Source: Turneriella sp. | Lineage (GTDB): Bacteria > Spirochaetota > Leptospiria > Turneriellales > Turneriellaceae | Length of the DNA: 64,000 nucleotides | Direction: 5' to 3' | Assembly (NCBI GenBank): GCA_965279515.1 | Contig: CBDIID010000003.1 | Span: 288,001 to 352,000 of the forward strand | Part shown: positions 10,039 to 17,655 of the stretch, piece after piece | How positions within the stretch are numbered: the stretch's first letter is position 1 | Layout of the letters: each line of letters starts with the position of its first letter | The notes under the pieces: generated by a model | Told to the model about the DNA's origin: nothing | Database searches by the model: none | What the model saw: the letters and a program-made list of their open reading frames with translations, nothing else | Program-made: the position numbers and the translations under genes

Positions 10039-10362
10039 ATGTCGCCAAGGCATGTAGAGCGCGCACCGTATTTCCGGGATCGTACAAACCGGCAATATTA
10101 TCGTCGGCCGGGGGAATCCGGGAACGGTTTTTTCTCCCGATTTATGCGGGATACGTTGCGCCTAGACAGTTTTGAGGCACGTCGTCAAGGTCGGCGGCCG
10201 TATGGTGGGAAAAGTGTTCAGTACGTAGGGTGGCTTGACTGGTGCCGCCTTACTAGGTCGGTACATCCGAACGACTGGCGCCGAGTAAAGCAATATGGCT
10301 TCCGTGCCCCTGATGGCAATATCTACAAACTACGAAATCGCTATGGCGTGGTACGGCGTTGA
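10039..10362 (+). CDS. prophage hypothetical Arg-rich protein (start uncertain)
   Basis: ORF track; overlaps next ORF; may be partly non-coding origin/promoter DNA. Confidence 0.3.
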   Translation: MSPRHVERAPYFRDRTNRQYYRRPGESGNGFFSRFMRDTLRLDSFEARRQGRRPYGGKSVQYVGWLDWCRLTRSVHPNDWRRVKQYGFRAPDGNIYKLRNRYGVVRR

Positions 10363-10513
10363 AATGCAACGTTGGGGCGGGGGTAGCTGGATTACGATCA
10401 GCGTGCTCGCCGAGAATGCGGGGCACGCCTGTATGAAGGCTGAGCGCCGAAGGCCGGGCTACATAGCGATGTCAGTAGAGCGTGGAAATACTTATAAAAG
10501 GCGGTTTCGATGA
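10343..10513 (+). CDS. prophage small hypothetical protein (MAWYGVEMQRW...)
   Basis: In frame with track ORF 10295-10513; ATGA-coupled to next ORF. Confidence 0.55.
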   Translation: MAWYGVEMQRWGGGSWITISVLAENAGHACMKAERRRPGYIAMSVERGNTYKRRFR

Positions 10514-10755
10514 AAATAATGGAAGATGAGACAGGTACTGGTGTGACCATTATCATGGATCAAAGTAAAAAGTCTGATACTCTTTTTTATGCGATGGGAA
10601 TATCCCTCGTGATAAAAGGTGCGCTGGCTGATGGATTTACGCAGGTTTTTGTGAATACAAAACCTGACCGGGAAGGTAACGACCGTGTGTTGTTGTCATT
10701 CCGGAAACCTTCGCCGCGTCCCGAAGGGGAACAGCGGGGGGAACAGCATGGCTAA
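10510..10755 (+). CDS. prophage hypothetical protein (possible ssDNA-binding protein)
   Basis: 81 aa, beta-rich with flexible C-tail; function inferred from size and position only. Confidence 0.55.
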   Translation: MKIMEDETGTGVTIIMDQSKKSDTLFYAMGISLVIKGALADGFTQVFVNTKPDREGNDRVLLSFRKPSPRPEGEQRGEQHG

Positions 10756-10966
10756 TTTTTGTATTTATGTCAGTACGTCCGAGGGCAAACGAATTGTTCG
10801 CGGTACTGCGCTGACTGTGCCTGAATTTATGGAAAAAGTTCAGGCCCGATTTACACCTGAGAAGATTCGCAGCGAAGGTGTTTATGAAGAAATGGATCTT
10901 GATGAGACCCCGGCGATTCATGCCGGTGTGACAACACGCAAGATTCGTGCGAAGAAAGTGGATTAG
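10748..10966 (+). CDS. prophage hypothetical protein
   Basis: ATG 10748 after GGGGG RBS, in frame with track ORF 10685-10966; overlaps upstream stop. Confidence 0.6.
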   Translation: MANFCIYVSTSEGKRIVRGTALTVPEFMEKVQARFTPEKIRSEGVYEEMDLDETPAIHAGVTTRKIRAKKVD

Positions 10967-10989
10967 GCGGAAGGAAAAGGGAAAATGAA

Positions 10990-11217
10990 ATGGCTTGGTA
11001 CGGGAAAAGATATGGTGGTTATCGACCGCGCAAGAGGTTTGTCGTGAGACGCTTTTTTGGCGGTCGTCGGCGTCGGGGTGGTGGGTCACCCATGGCGAAG
11101 CGTCGCGCGTTTTTTTGGGGTGGCATCCTGATGATTTTCATCATGATGTGTGCCCCAAATGTTCGCGCATGGATCGTTGCGAAGTTCTCGCAGTGGTTCC
11201 CCAGCTGGAGGGCATGA
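10990..11217 (+). CDS. prophage Arg/Gly-rich protein with single TM helix (candidate DNA-membrane tether)
   Basis: MAWYGKRYGGYRPRKRFVVRRFFGGRRRR... then hydrophobic FFWGGILMIFIMMC; purine-rich RBS. Confidence 0.7.
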   Translation: MAWYGKRYGGYRPRKRFVVRRFFGGRRRRGGGSPMAKRRAFFWGGILMIFIMMCAPNVRAWIVAKFSQWFPSWRA

Positions 11218-11218
11218 G

Positions 11219-11920
11219 ATGTATCAGTATAATCGGGAACTGAATGCGGTTGCGATGGCCGCTGGTCAATATCAGTTTGATGTTGAAAAGCAGCTTGTTT
11301 CTAAAATTGCCATTGGTCTGCGTTCCACTGGATCACCTCCGGTAACGCCGACTGTGGCTCAGCTGAAGGCAACTTTTTTCGTTGCTCGCCATATTGCTCC
11401 CGGGGTCGACCGCGAGCTGTATAATATTAGCCTTTATGATCTGGCTATGCTTACAGACGAAAAAGGTGGTTATTCACGTGATTGGACGGATACGGATTTA
11501 TCGGACACGAATATTGTGGCACCGTTTGGACTTGATCTTCGTCAGGAAGGAAAAATCCAGTGCTATATCAGTGTTCCGGCCACGATCGCTAACTGCGCTA
11601 TATCTGCCTACCCTGTGTACGATGGCCAAATGCCTACAACGCTTGCGTACCGTACGCAGACGACGTCTGGAAGCTGTTCTATCAGTAATTGCTTCCGGTT
11701 GTACTCGCGGGACGAGTCGGGTACTGAGCTTGACCTCAAGGTGGGGGATTTCTCTAAGAAAGCCATTGACTTTCTTATGGGAAAGATCCTTTTCAGTGAG
11801 CAGGCCAAGATCGAGAACGAAACGCCGTTCGCGCTGCTTTATTCGAGTCCATCACCGTATTTGGTGAAGCTCGACCGTATGGCGGGCAGTTGCACGTTTG
11901 TTTCTGTGGAGCTTCCATAA
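11219..11920 (+). CDS. candidate major capsid protein (233 aa, beta-rich; possible double jelly roll)
   Basis: ATG 11219 after GGAGG; no TM or signal peptide; alternating hydrophobic beta pattern with short helices; function is inference. Confidence 0.5.
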   Translation: MYQYNRELNAVAMAAGQYQFDVEKQLVSKIAIGLRSTGSPPVTPTVAQLKATFFVARHIAPGVDRELYNISLYDLAMLTDEKGGYSRDWTDTDLSDTNIVAPFGLDLRQEGKIQCYISVPATIANCAISAYPVYDGQMPTTLAYRTQTTSGSCSISNCFRLYSRDESGTELDLKVGDFSKKAIDFLMGKILFSEQAKIENETPFALLYSSPSPYLVKLDRMAGSCTFVSVELP

Positions 11921-12579
11921 TGTTGATGCCGGGCGGTAGTGAGGGGCCGAATTCTGATGTTATTATTCGTGATTTTTACGAAGATCAGAAAACGGCGTTA
12001 AGAGCTACCGCTCGGAATCGTGCGGACGCTGACCGGAAGGTTCGGGAATATGAAGAATTCATAGAGGCTAGGCGTTCCACGCTGGAGTCCGCCCAGGTCG
12101 CGCAGTGGGAGAGGGAAAAGCAAGAAAGAGAAGCAAAGAATAAAGCCGCGTCTGGGGAATCTTTCATATCCAACGCGGGTGGCCTTCTTGGAAAACTCTG
12201 GGATGGCATTGTGGGTAATTATACCGGTGGTGCCCTTTCTTCAGATAGCCTGAAGAAATACGGCAAGAATGCGGTTGGGGTGTCGGATTTCGATGCTCCG
12301 AAGGTTGATATCCCGAATTTCGATTTTGAAGGTTTCAAAGCGAAATCGGCGGCCGCATCCAAAGCAGCTGCTAACGCGGAACTCAGGGCTGCGGGCGGTG
12401 GTACGGCCAATTATGGGTCAGGGGCTATTGCCATGACGAAAGAGGTTAAGGAATTTTCAGATTCGTTTACGAACGGTATCGACAAGAGTCGTATCGGATA
12501 TACGTTGCCGAATTTGAGCCTTCCTGATTTTGATTTTATGGGTGGAGCTCAGCAAGTGAGGGATTTTTATGAACTTTAG
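11920..12579 (+). CDS. prophage coiled-coil Ala/Gly-rich protein (candidate pilot/DNA-delivery protein)
   Basis: TAATG coupling to upstream gene; charged helical N-half, Ala/Gly-rich segments. Confidence 0.6.
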   Translation: MLMPGGSEGPNSDVIIRDFYEDQKTALRATARNRADADRKVREYEEFIEARRSTLESAQVAQWEREKQEREAKNKAASGESFISNAGGLLGKLWDGIVGNYTGGALSSDSLKKYGKNAVGVSDFDAPKVDIPNFDFEGFKAKSAAASKAAANAELRAAGGGTANYGSGAIAMTKEVKEFSDSFTNGIDKSRIGYTLPNLSLPDFDFMGGAQQVRDFYEL

Positions 12580-12826
12580 TATGGGCAGTTTGAATTCGCT
12601 TCTTTCGGGAGCGAGCGAGATATCAGGATCGTTCGGTGGGCCGACGATACCTGGGGCTACGCCGCCGCCTCCGCCGCCACCAGCGGTGCAGGCTGTTACG
12701 CCGCGTGATTCGGGCGCCGACTTTGGCGCGGGTACTTATGCCGCTGGTGCGGGCGTATCATTGGTTGCGTTGTATCTTGGATACAAGGCTCTGCGGTATT
12801 TCGGTGTTATTCCGAAGGTAATATGA
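12569..12826 (+). CDS. prophage Pro-rich small membrane protein
   Basis: Poly-Pro linker followed by C-terminal TM (AAGAGVSLVALYLGY) and basic tail. Confidence 0.7.
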   Translation: MNFSMGSLNSLLSGASEISGSFGGPTIPGATPPPPPPPAVQAVTPRDSGADFGAGTYAAGAGVSLVALYLGYKALRYFGVIPKVI

Positions 12827-12957
12827 TCCGCAAAATACTTGCTGGGATTTTGAGGTTCATTCACAATGAAGCGTTGTTGCTTAAGCTGGCTGATTATTTG
12901 GAACAGCCTTCTTTGGATGAATCCGTGGGGCAGCCTGATGGCCAAGAAGCTTCTTAA
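12823..12957 (+). CDS. prophage small hypothetical protein (44 aa)
   Basis: ATGA-coupled ORF MIRKILAGILRFIHNEALLLKLADYLEQPSLDESVGQPDGQEAS; not in the track. Confidence 0.55.
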   Translation: MIRKILAGILRFIHNEALLLKLADYLEQPSLDESVGQPDGQEAS

Positions 12958-13579
12958 GAACGTTGAGGCCCCGGCTGGCCTTCGGGATATTATTCTGGAG
13001 GAGTATGAAGCTTACAAAGCTTATCGGGGCGCCGGTGCGCCTGATCAATTATTTAGTACTTTTGCCGCTTCGTCTGGAACTGGCGTTCCCTCTCATGATG
13101 CTGGTAAAGCTATTGATATTGTTACTGACGGTTACGATAGCCGCCCTTATCTTTTTGAATTTGGGATTTGGCTATTTGTTAAAAGACCGGACCTGAGCGT
13201 TTACTTCTATTCGATGCAGTATGAACCGCATGTTCATATTGGGCAGGTTTCTGGGTTTGGAAAGGGATCTTACCTAGCCGTGAACAAAGGTGCAAAGGGT
13301 AAGTTCGATATTTATCCGCGTGCCCAGGTCGCCGGCAAAGCTTCGGATATAATCGGAAAGCTGAAAGCGGCGCGGGAAACTTATCCTGCGGGTGTAAATG
13401 TGGATTGGCCTACCTATCAGGCCATGCTTGAGGGGAAGGTCCCTGTAGGGACGAGTAATTGGAAACAGTATTTGAAAAAATACTGGTGGGTTGGATTATT
13501 GAGCTTTTTGGCTCTTGGAATCGGTTTTTTTATTTGGAGATCTAGGAATCAGGAGGAAACTGAAGATGGAATTGCATGA
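12938..13579 (+). CDS. M15/LAS-type zinc peptidoglycan peptidase with C-terminal membrane anchor
   Basis: SHDAGKAID (SxH..G.AxD) and PHVHIG (HxH) motifs; C-terminal TM YWWVGLLSFLALGIGFFIW; start moved to ATG 12938. Confidence 0.7.
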   Translation: MAKKLLKNVEAPAGLRDIILEEYEAYKAYRGAGAPDQLFSTFAASSGTGVPSHDAGKAIDIVTDGYDSRPYLFEFGIWLFVKRPDLSVYFYSMQYEPHVHIGQVSGFGKGSYLAVNKGAKGKFDIYPRAQVAGKASDIIGKLKAARETYPAGVNVDWPTYQAMLEGKVPVGTSNWKQYLKKYWWVGLLSFLALGIGFFIWRSRNQEETEDGIA

Positions 13580-13664
13580 TGTAGGTTTAAACGAGTTGCT
13601 TCTCGTAGTGTTTAACCTGATCACCACAGTGATCGCGTATTTTCGTGGTAAAAAATCTAACTGA
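13566..13664 (+). CDS. prophage 32-aa single-TM protein (holin-like or virion membrane protein)
   Basis: AGGAGG RBS; MELHDVGLNELLLVVFNLITTVIAYFRGKKSN; TGATG-coupled to next ORF. Confidence 0.65.
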   Translation: MELHDVGLNELLLVVFNLITTVIAYFRGKKSN

Positions 13665-14140
13665 TGAAGTGGGTTTGGACCGCGTTGATTGGCCTTGTTG
13701 GCTGGTTAATTTATGATTGGCTCCGGGATAAACCCGGGGCTGTTTCCAACTCGGTGCAGGATTCTGCAGACATGATGGGGGCCGTGGCAGACGGTATCAT
13801 TGAAAAGCAGAATGCAAAGAAGCCGAAGAAATGGATTTGGCTTTTGCTTGGCTCTGTCCCTGTTATCGGGACGGGTCTTTTTTTCCTATTCAGAAAAAAG
13901 AAGCCTATGAGTAATCTGTTTAATTTGGGTTATTTGGGTCAGAAGGCTCCGGCAGGATCGGAATTTGATTCTCGATACTTAGCAGGATGCGCGAAGGCAC
14001 GGCGGGAGAGTTTGAAGATGGATTTCGCTAAGACTCAGGGCGCAACGGTCGCCGGCTTACCGATAGAGAGTGTGATGGCCACTTTTGGCAAGAAGAAGGT
14101 GTACGATGAAGGTAATTTCAGAAAAGCTCAGCGGTACTAG
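13664..14140 (+). CDS. prophage two-TM membrane protein
   Basis: Hydrophobic segments WVWTALIGLVGWLIY and WIWLLLGSVPVIGTGLFFLF flanked by Lys clusters. Confidence 0.7.
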   Translation: MKWVWTALIGLVGWLIYDWLRDKPGAVSNSVQDSADMMGAVADGIIEKQNAKKPKKWIWLLLGSVPVIGTGLFFLFRKKKPMSNLFNLGYLGQKAPAGSEFDSRYLAGCAKARRESLKMDFAKTQGATVAGLPIESVMATFGKKKVYDEGNFRKAQRY

Positions 14141-14573
14141 AAGCTTCCGTGGCTTGGGCTTTGTTGAGATAAATGGGATTCAGTATCCCGTTTGTGGTTC
14201 TCGACAGTTTGAATGTGGTAGAAAGGCGACGGTGCGGTACGTCGATGAGCAGATAGAAATGTTGGAAGTGTTGGAACCGACAATGCTCGCAGTTTTTCCC
14301 GGGAGCTTAGAGGGGTTCCCTATTGCAACGAACGGTAGAGTTTTTGTCACGGTGGACAAGAAATATTCTCTTTATAGGGGACTGCTCGAAGGCATATGTT
14401 TGGGCGGTATTTCGGACGGTGCATCGACGATATCTGTCGTACCGCCGCTTTTTTTGAACTCACGTTATATATATGGCGCCGGAAGGATCGATCAGTGGAA
14501 CCCGGATTTCCCTGTATGGGATTCAAGCTTTGATTTGGCCTGGGATTTTGACGCTGTATCGATGCGTCAATGA
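14106..14573 (+). CDS. prophage hypothetical protein (possible vertex/spike component)
   Basis: ATG 14106 in frame with track ORF; ATGA-coupled to next gene. Confidence 0.6.
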   Translation: MKVISEKLSGTRSFRGLGFVEINGIQYPVCGSRQFECGRKATVRYVDEQIEMLEVLEPTMLAVFPGSLEGFPIATNGRVFVTVDKKYSLYRGLLEGICLGGISDGASTISVVPPLFLNSRYIYGAGRIDQWNPDFPVWDSSFDLAWDFDAVSMRQ

Positions 14574-15265
14574 TCGTTGGCAATCGATCATTGATACTGC
14601 CGGTTTCGGAGGCCGGTTGGGATAGGCTTTGGTCCCCGCCTGTTCGCAATTTCTCTTATCCGGATTCACGTGCTGGATTAATTCAAGGTTGCGTTGGGGA
14701 CGTGCCGGCGAAATCCGATATTACGCCGTATCTTGCGGGGAATGTATGGAATTCTGTCCAGATTTTAAGGTATAATCCGCCCACGAGTGTAGCGCTGACG
14801 CATGAGTATGGCAATACGTTCACGGGATCGGCGTGGACGCACGACGGTGATTTTCGTGACATGGCAGGCGCTGCGATATTTCCGGCTCCGCTGAATAATT
14901 ATCAGCGGGCGTTTGGCACGTTTGCAAATATTGGTATAGATCCGGATGAATCCGGAAAACCAGCCGCGAATTCGTTTAGTTATTTAATAAAATACAATCT
15001 TCAACGCGGTGGGTTCGTGCAAGTGTACGAGTTTGAAGAAGGGGCAGACGGCATCGTCTCCGTATCTATTCAAGGTGGTGTTGCTTCAGCCGTTAAGGCA
15101 CTTCGGATTTCCGATGGTTCATGGCAGGTTATCTCAGAAGGTGGAATGCTGCTGCCGGCGGGTGGTGGCCAGTTTTGGTTAAACGCCTCGTGGACGTCCG
15201 GTGTCGCGGCTACGCAAATGATTGCGCGACTGCGGTTTAGCGTAGAGGTTCCGTATGGCTTATGA
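14570..15265 (+). CDS. prophage beta-rich protein (possible receptor-binding spike)
   Basis: 231 aa, aromatic- and Gly-rich beta-like pattern, last gene before rep; function inferred. Confidence 0.6.
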   Translation: MIVGNRSLILPVSEAGWDRLWSPPVRNFSYPDSRAGLIQGCVGDVPAKSDITPYLAGNVWNSVQILRYNPPTSVALTHEYGNTFTGSAWTHDGDFRDMAGAAIFPAPLNNYQRAFGTFANIGIDPDESGKPAANSFSYLIKYNLQRGGFVQVYEFEEGADGIVSVSIQGGVASAVKALRISDGSWQVISEGGMLLPAGGGQFWLNASWTSGVAATQMIARLRFSVEVPYGL

Positions 15266-16010
15266 TTTGGCCGACGAGGCCGAGTCCTATTATTTCGATC
15301 AGTCTTTGAGCCCGGTGGTTTTGGATTATCCAAACGGCCGGGAAGTCTATTTTGAGGCAGCTCGAAAAAAAGAAGTCTTTGGTGGGGGGAAACGTGGAAA
15401 AGTCTTTTCAATGTCCGCTGCGGCGGTCAGAAGGTTCCGGCAGGCGCTTCGGCGAAGTGGTGCGAAATTTTCGCATTTCGTTACAGTCACTTTTCCGCCT
15501 GAGGTTCTTGGGATCGATGAGGATTGGCCCAGGTATGTCCGTAAGTTTTGGCAAAAACTTGCCGCCGAATGTCGCAAGAGGGATATTACGTATTTGTGGG
15601 TACGCGAGCCGCACAAAAGCGGACAACCACATTATCACATTATATGTACGAAAGGGCCGTTATTTCGGTTACTTGCGAATCGCATCATATCGGAGGGGAC
15701 AACCCGGGAGCGTGGACGACTTAACCTCCGGGTGGGTGTTCTGTGCAAAGCAATCTATCACGAAGGCGGTGCTGCGCGCTATATGTCAAAACTCGCCGGC
15801 TATTGCAGCAAGGAATCGCAGGTATTGCACGAGGAATCGTATCGTCATTGGGGCCGAAACTACGATGACGAGCTCCCAGACATCTACGAAGCAACTGCCG
15901 CTGTTTGCGACTGGGTAAGAAGCCAATATGATCGGCTGTATGCTTTTAAATTTCCGCGATTACTGCAGGTGCCGCGGGGTCTCCCCGTGGGGCCGGCGCT
16001 TTACTTTTAG
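15255..16010 (+). CDS. rep: HUH rolling-circle replication initiator (two-Tyr type)
   Basis: Motif I FVTVTF, motif II REPHKSGQPHYHII, motif III YMSKLAGYCSK. Confidence 0.88.
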   Translation: MAYDLADEAESYYFDQSLSPVVLDYPNGREVYFEAARKKEVFGGGKRGKVFSMSAAAVRRFRQALRRSGAKFSHFVTVTFPPEVLGIDEDWPRYVRKFWQKLAAECRKRDITYLWVREPHKSGQPHYHIICTKGPLFRLLANRIISEGTTRERGRLNLRVGVLCKAIYHEGGAARYMSKLAGYCSKESQVLHEESYRHWGRNYDDELPDIYEATAAVCDWVRSQYDRLYAFKFPRLLQVPRGLPVGPALYF

Positions 16011-16079
16011 CGCGCCGCACAATAATCCCCCTGGCTGAACAAGCAGGCCGGAGGCCGCACGTTTACGCGGCGAAAAGTG

Positions 16080-16224
16080 CCGTCTGCAGACGGATGTCTG
16101 CTTGCACGTCAAAAATCGTCGATCTCGATTTTGTTACAGGGCTATGCGTAGCCCTTTTTGCGTTTTGCTGCAGCAAAACGCGGGGGGTCCGGGGGGGCGA
16201 TAGCCCCGCCCGGGGGCGAAGCCC
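16080..16224. other. hairpin cluster, putative replication origin (dso/sso)
   Basis: Perfect palindromes 16080-16093 and 16160-16181; hairpins GGGCTA-TGCG-TAGCCC, GGGGC-GATA-GCCCC, GGGC-GAA-GCCC immediately after rep. Confidence 0.65.
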
Positions 16225-16402
16225 TTGGTTATAGACACATATTGAAGTTGACCTACTGAAAACATTGGGTTTTCTTGTCTTATGGGAATAGCAGAAGCAA
16301 TATTCATAATTGGTATCTGGGTTGGATCGAACGGAATCGTGTTTTGCGTCGCTGCGGAACTCTCCGGCAACTCGTTTTGTGTGTTTTAACAAAAAAAAGT
16401 TG

Positions 16403-16430
16403 ACGAGACATAAGATACCTTATGGGAAGT
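16403..16430 (-). other. attR: dif-like site (XerC arm, GGTATC spacer, element-derived XerD-like arm)
   Basis: Minus strand reads ACTTCCCATAA-GGTATC-TTATGTCTCGT; 11-6-11 layout with inner ATAA/TTAT palindrome; left arm matches 9/11 of B. subtilis dif arm ACTTCCTAGAA. Confidence 0.8.
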
Positions 16431-16453
16431 TATGCATTCCCGAGGCAAATGGC

Positions 16454-17590
16454 TCAGGGCGCTTGATTAACCGGTATCGCTTTAATCTGATAAGCGAAAT
16501 AAATGAAAAATAATATGTTTATCGGTACCTGTACATACGCCTTACACCAGTCTTGATTATAGATTAGCGTGACCAGAGAAAACAGTACTAGCACTGCTAA
16601 GTTCGGCCAACTGCTCTTTTGAAATTTCAAACGGCTGAGCATAAAGAAAAATACCGGAATCAGAAGAAATGCCCAATAAGGCCAGACTATTGGCGTGAGA
16701 ATACCCGAAATTCCCAGGCCATACGCATATCCTTCAAGCTTCTGCGTTCTTTTTATGCTCAGAAATAAAAGCCCTGCGGCGGCGGCGGTCATGAACCAAA
16801 AGATAAAGGCCAGACGTTGACTGAAGCCAAGATGCAGCAACCAACCGATCAGCGATTCGTTGTCCCGATGTCCCAACAGCCCTTCAGAAGATTTAGTCAG
16901 GCTCTTTAACCATGCGCCATTTTCAACGGTTGAGAATTCCCAGCCGGAATAAAGCGCGGTAACGCCGTAACTAATGATAATTAGCCAGACCGGAATCAGC
17001 AACAACCCTAGCCAGCGCCTTTGGATCAGAAATATCGGTGCGATAAAAAGAAAATGCAATTTGAATAAGATTGCCAACGCAAGGCAAAGCGCGGCGAGAA
17101 CCTGGGAAAATCGGGTTTCCGCGTTCAATAGTACATATGTCCCAAGGGAAAGAATAAGCGGCAGACCATTAATTTGCCCTAGCCTAAGTTCATCCCGAAT
17201 ACTTACAATAAAGACCAATGAAGTTATGATTTTTCCCTGGAATTCTGAAATTGTGCCATCAAATGAAAAATATTTCGGCAAAGCAAAAAATATCAGCCAA
17301 ATCCAGGCGGCCGTAAAAAGAAAATAGAAAATCCAAGGCCGCGCTTCCTTAGGGCAAGGAGTAATAATCGCACCAAAAAACAGCGCCACGGAAGGCGAAT
17401 ATTTGAATTGATAGTGATTTTCCACATCGAAAACCGTTTTGTGATTTATTGCTTTGGCCCCGGCCTCTTCGTATACCCTAAAATCGTCGAAAACCGGCTT
17501 GGAATTTAAAAACATGGTAAATACATACACCAAAACGAGGCCAGAAAGAATAAGAAATCTCCGTTGCTTGCTAAGAACCATATTGCCCAT
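16454..17590 (-). CDS. GT87/DUF2029-family polytopic glycosyltransferase (GT-C)
   Basis: DFRVY, FKYSP, ELRLGQIN, LAILFK, NESL motifs; many TM helices. Confidence 0.8.
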   Translation of the reverse strand: MGNMVLSKQRRFLILSGLVLVYVFTMFLNSKPVFDDFRVYEEAGAKAINHKTVFDVENHYQFKYSPSVALFFGAIITPCPKEARPWIFYFLFTAAWIWLIFFALPKYFSFDGTISEFQGKIITSLVFIVSIRDELRLGQINGLPLILSLGTYVLLNAETRFSQVLAALCLALAILFKLHFLFIAPIFLIQRRWLGLLLIPVWLIIISYGVTALYSGWEFSTVENGAWLKSLTKSSEGLLGHRDNESLIGWLLHLGFSQRLAFIFWFMTAAAAGLLFLSIKRTQKLEGYAYGLGISGILTPIVWPYWAFLLIPVFFFMLSRLKFQKSSWPNLAVLVLFSLVTLIYNQDWCKAYVQVPINILFFIYFAYQIKAIPVNQAP

Positions 17591-17655
17591 TCATTTTATC
17601 CCTTTCAAGAACATTTGCCGTCGAAGTTAGAAGGTAAAGTATATTTCGGGGGATT

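Larger units (their letters stand above)
10007..16430 (+). mobile_element. integrated ~6.4 kb rolling-circle (ssDNA-type) prophage inserted at a dif/Xer-like site
   Basis: Flanked by GACATAAGATACC repeats inside dif-like sites; dense co-directional overlapping ORFs; HUH Rep; peptidase; T-rich codon endings unlike the host; no integrase. Confidence 0.85.

Noticed and set aside
12866..12937. Track start giving the peptidase an N-terminal hydrophobic leader
   Set aside because: This stretch is better explained by the coupled 44-aa ORF 12823-12957; ATG 12938 preferred, though unproven
10007..16430. Assignment of the element as a filamentous phage (Inoviridae) or Microviridae
   Set aside because: No ORF has a Walker A GxxxxGK[ST] (the GGGKRGKV in Rep is not one), so there is no Zot/pI; a peptidoglycan peptidase is present; no ORF is long enough for a Microviridae capsid protein
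16420..16433. Similarity of attR flank (minus strand ATAACTTCCCATAA) to a loxP arm, suggesting an engineered scar
   Set aside because: Only the first 8 nt match contiguously; the spacer is 6 bp with a TTATGT arm, as in dif rather than loxP
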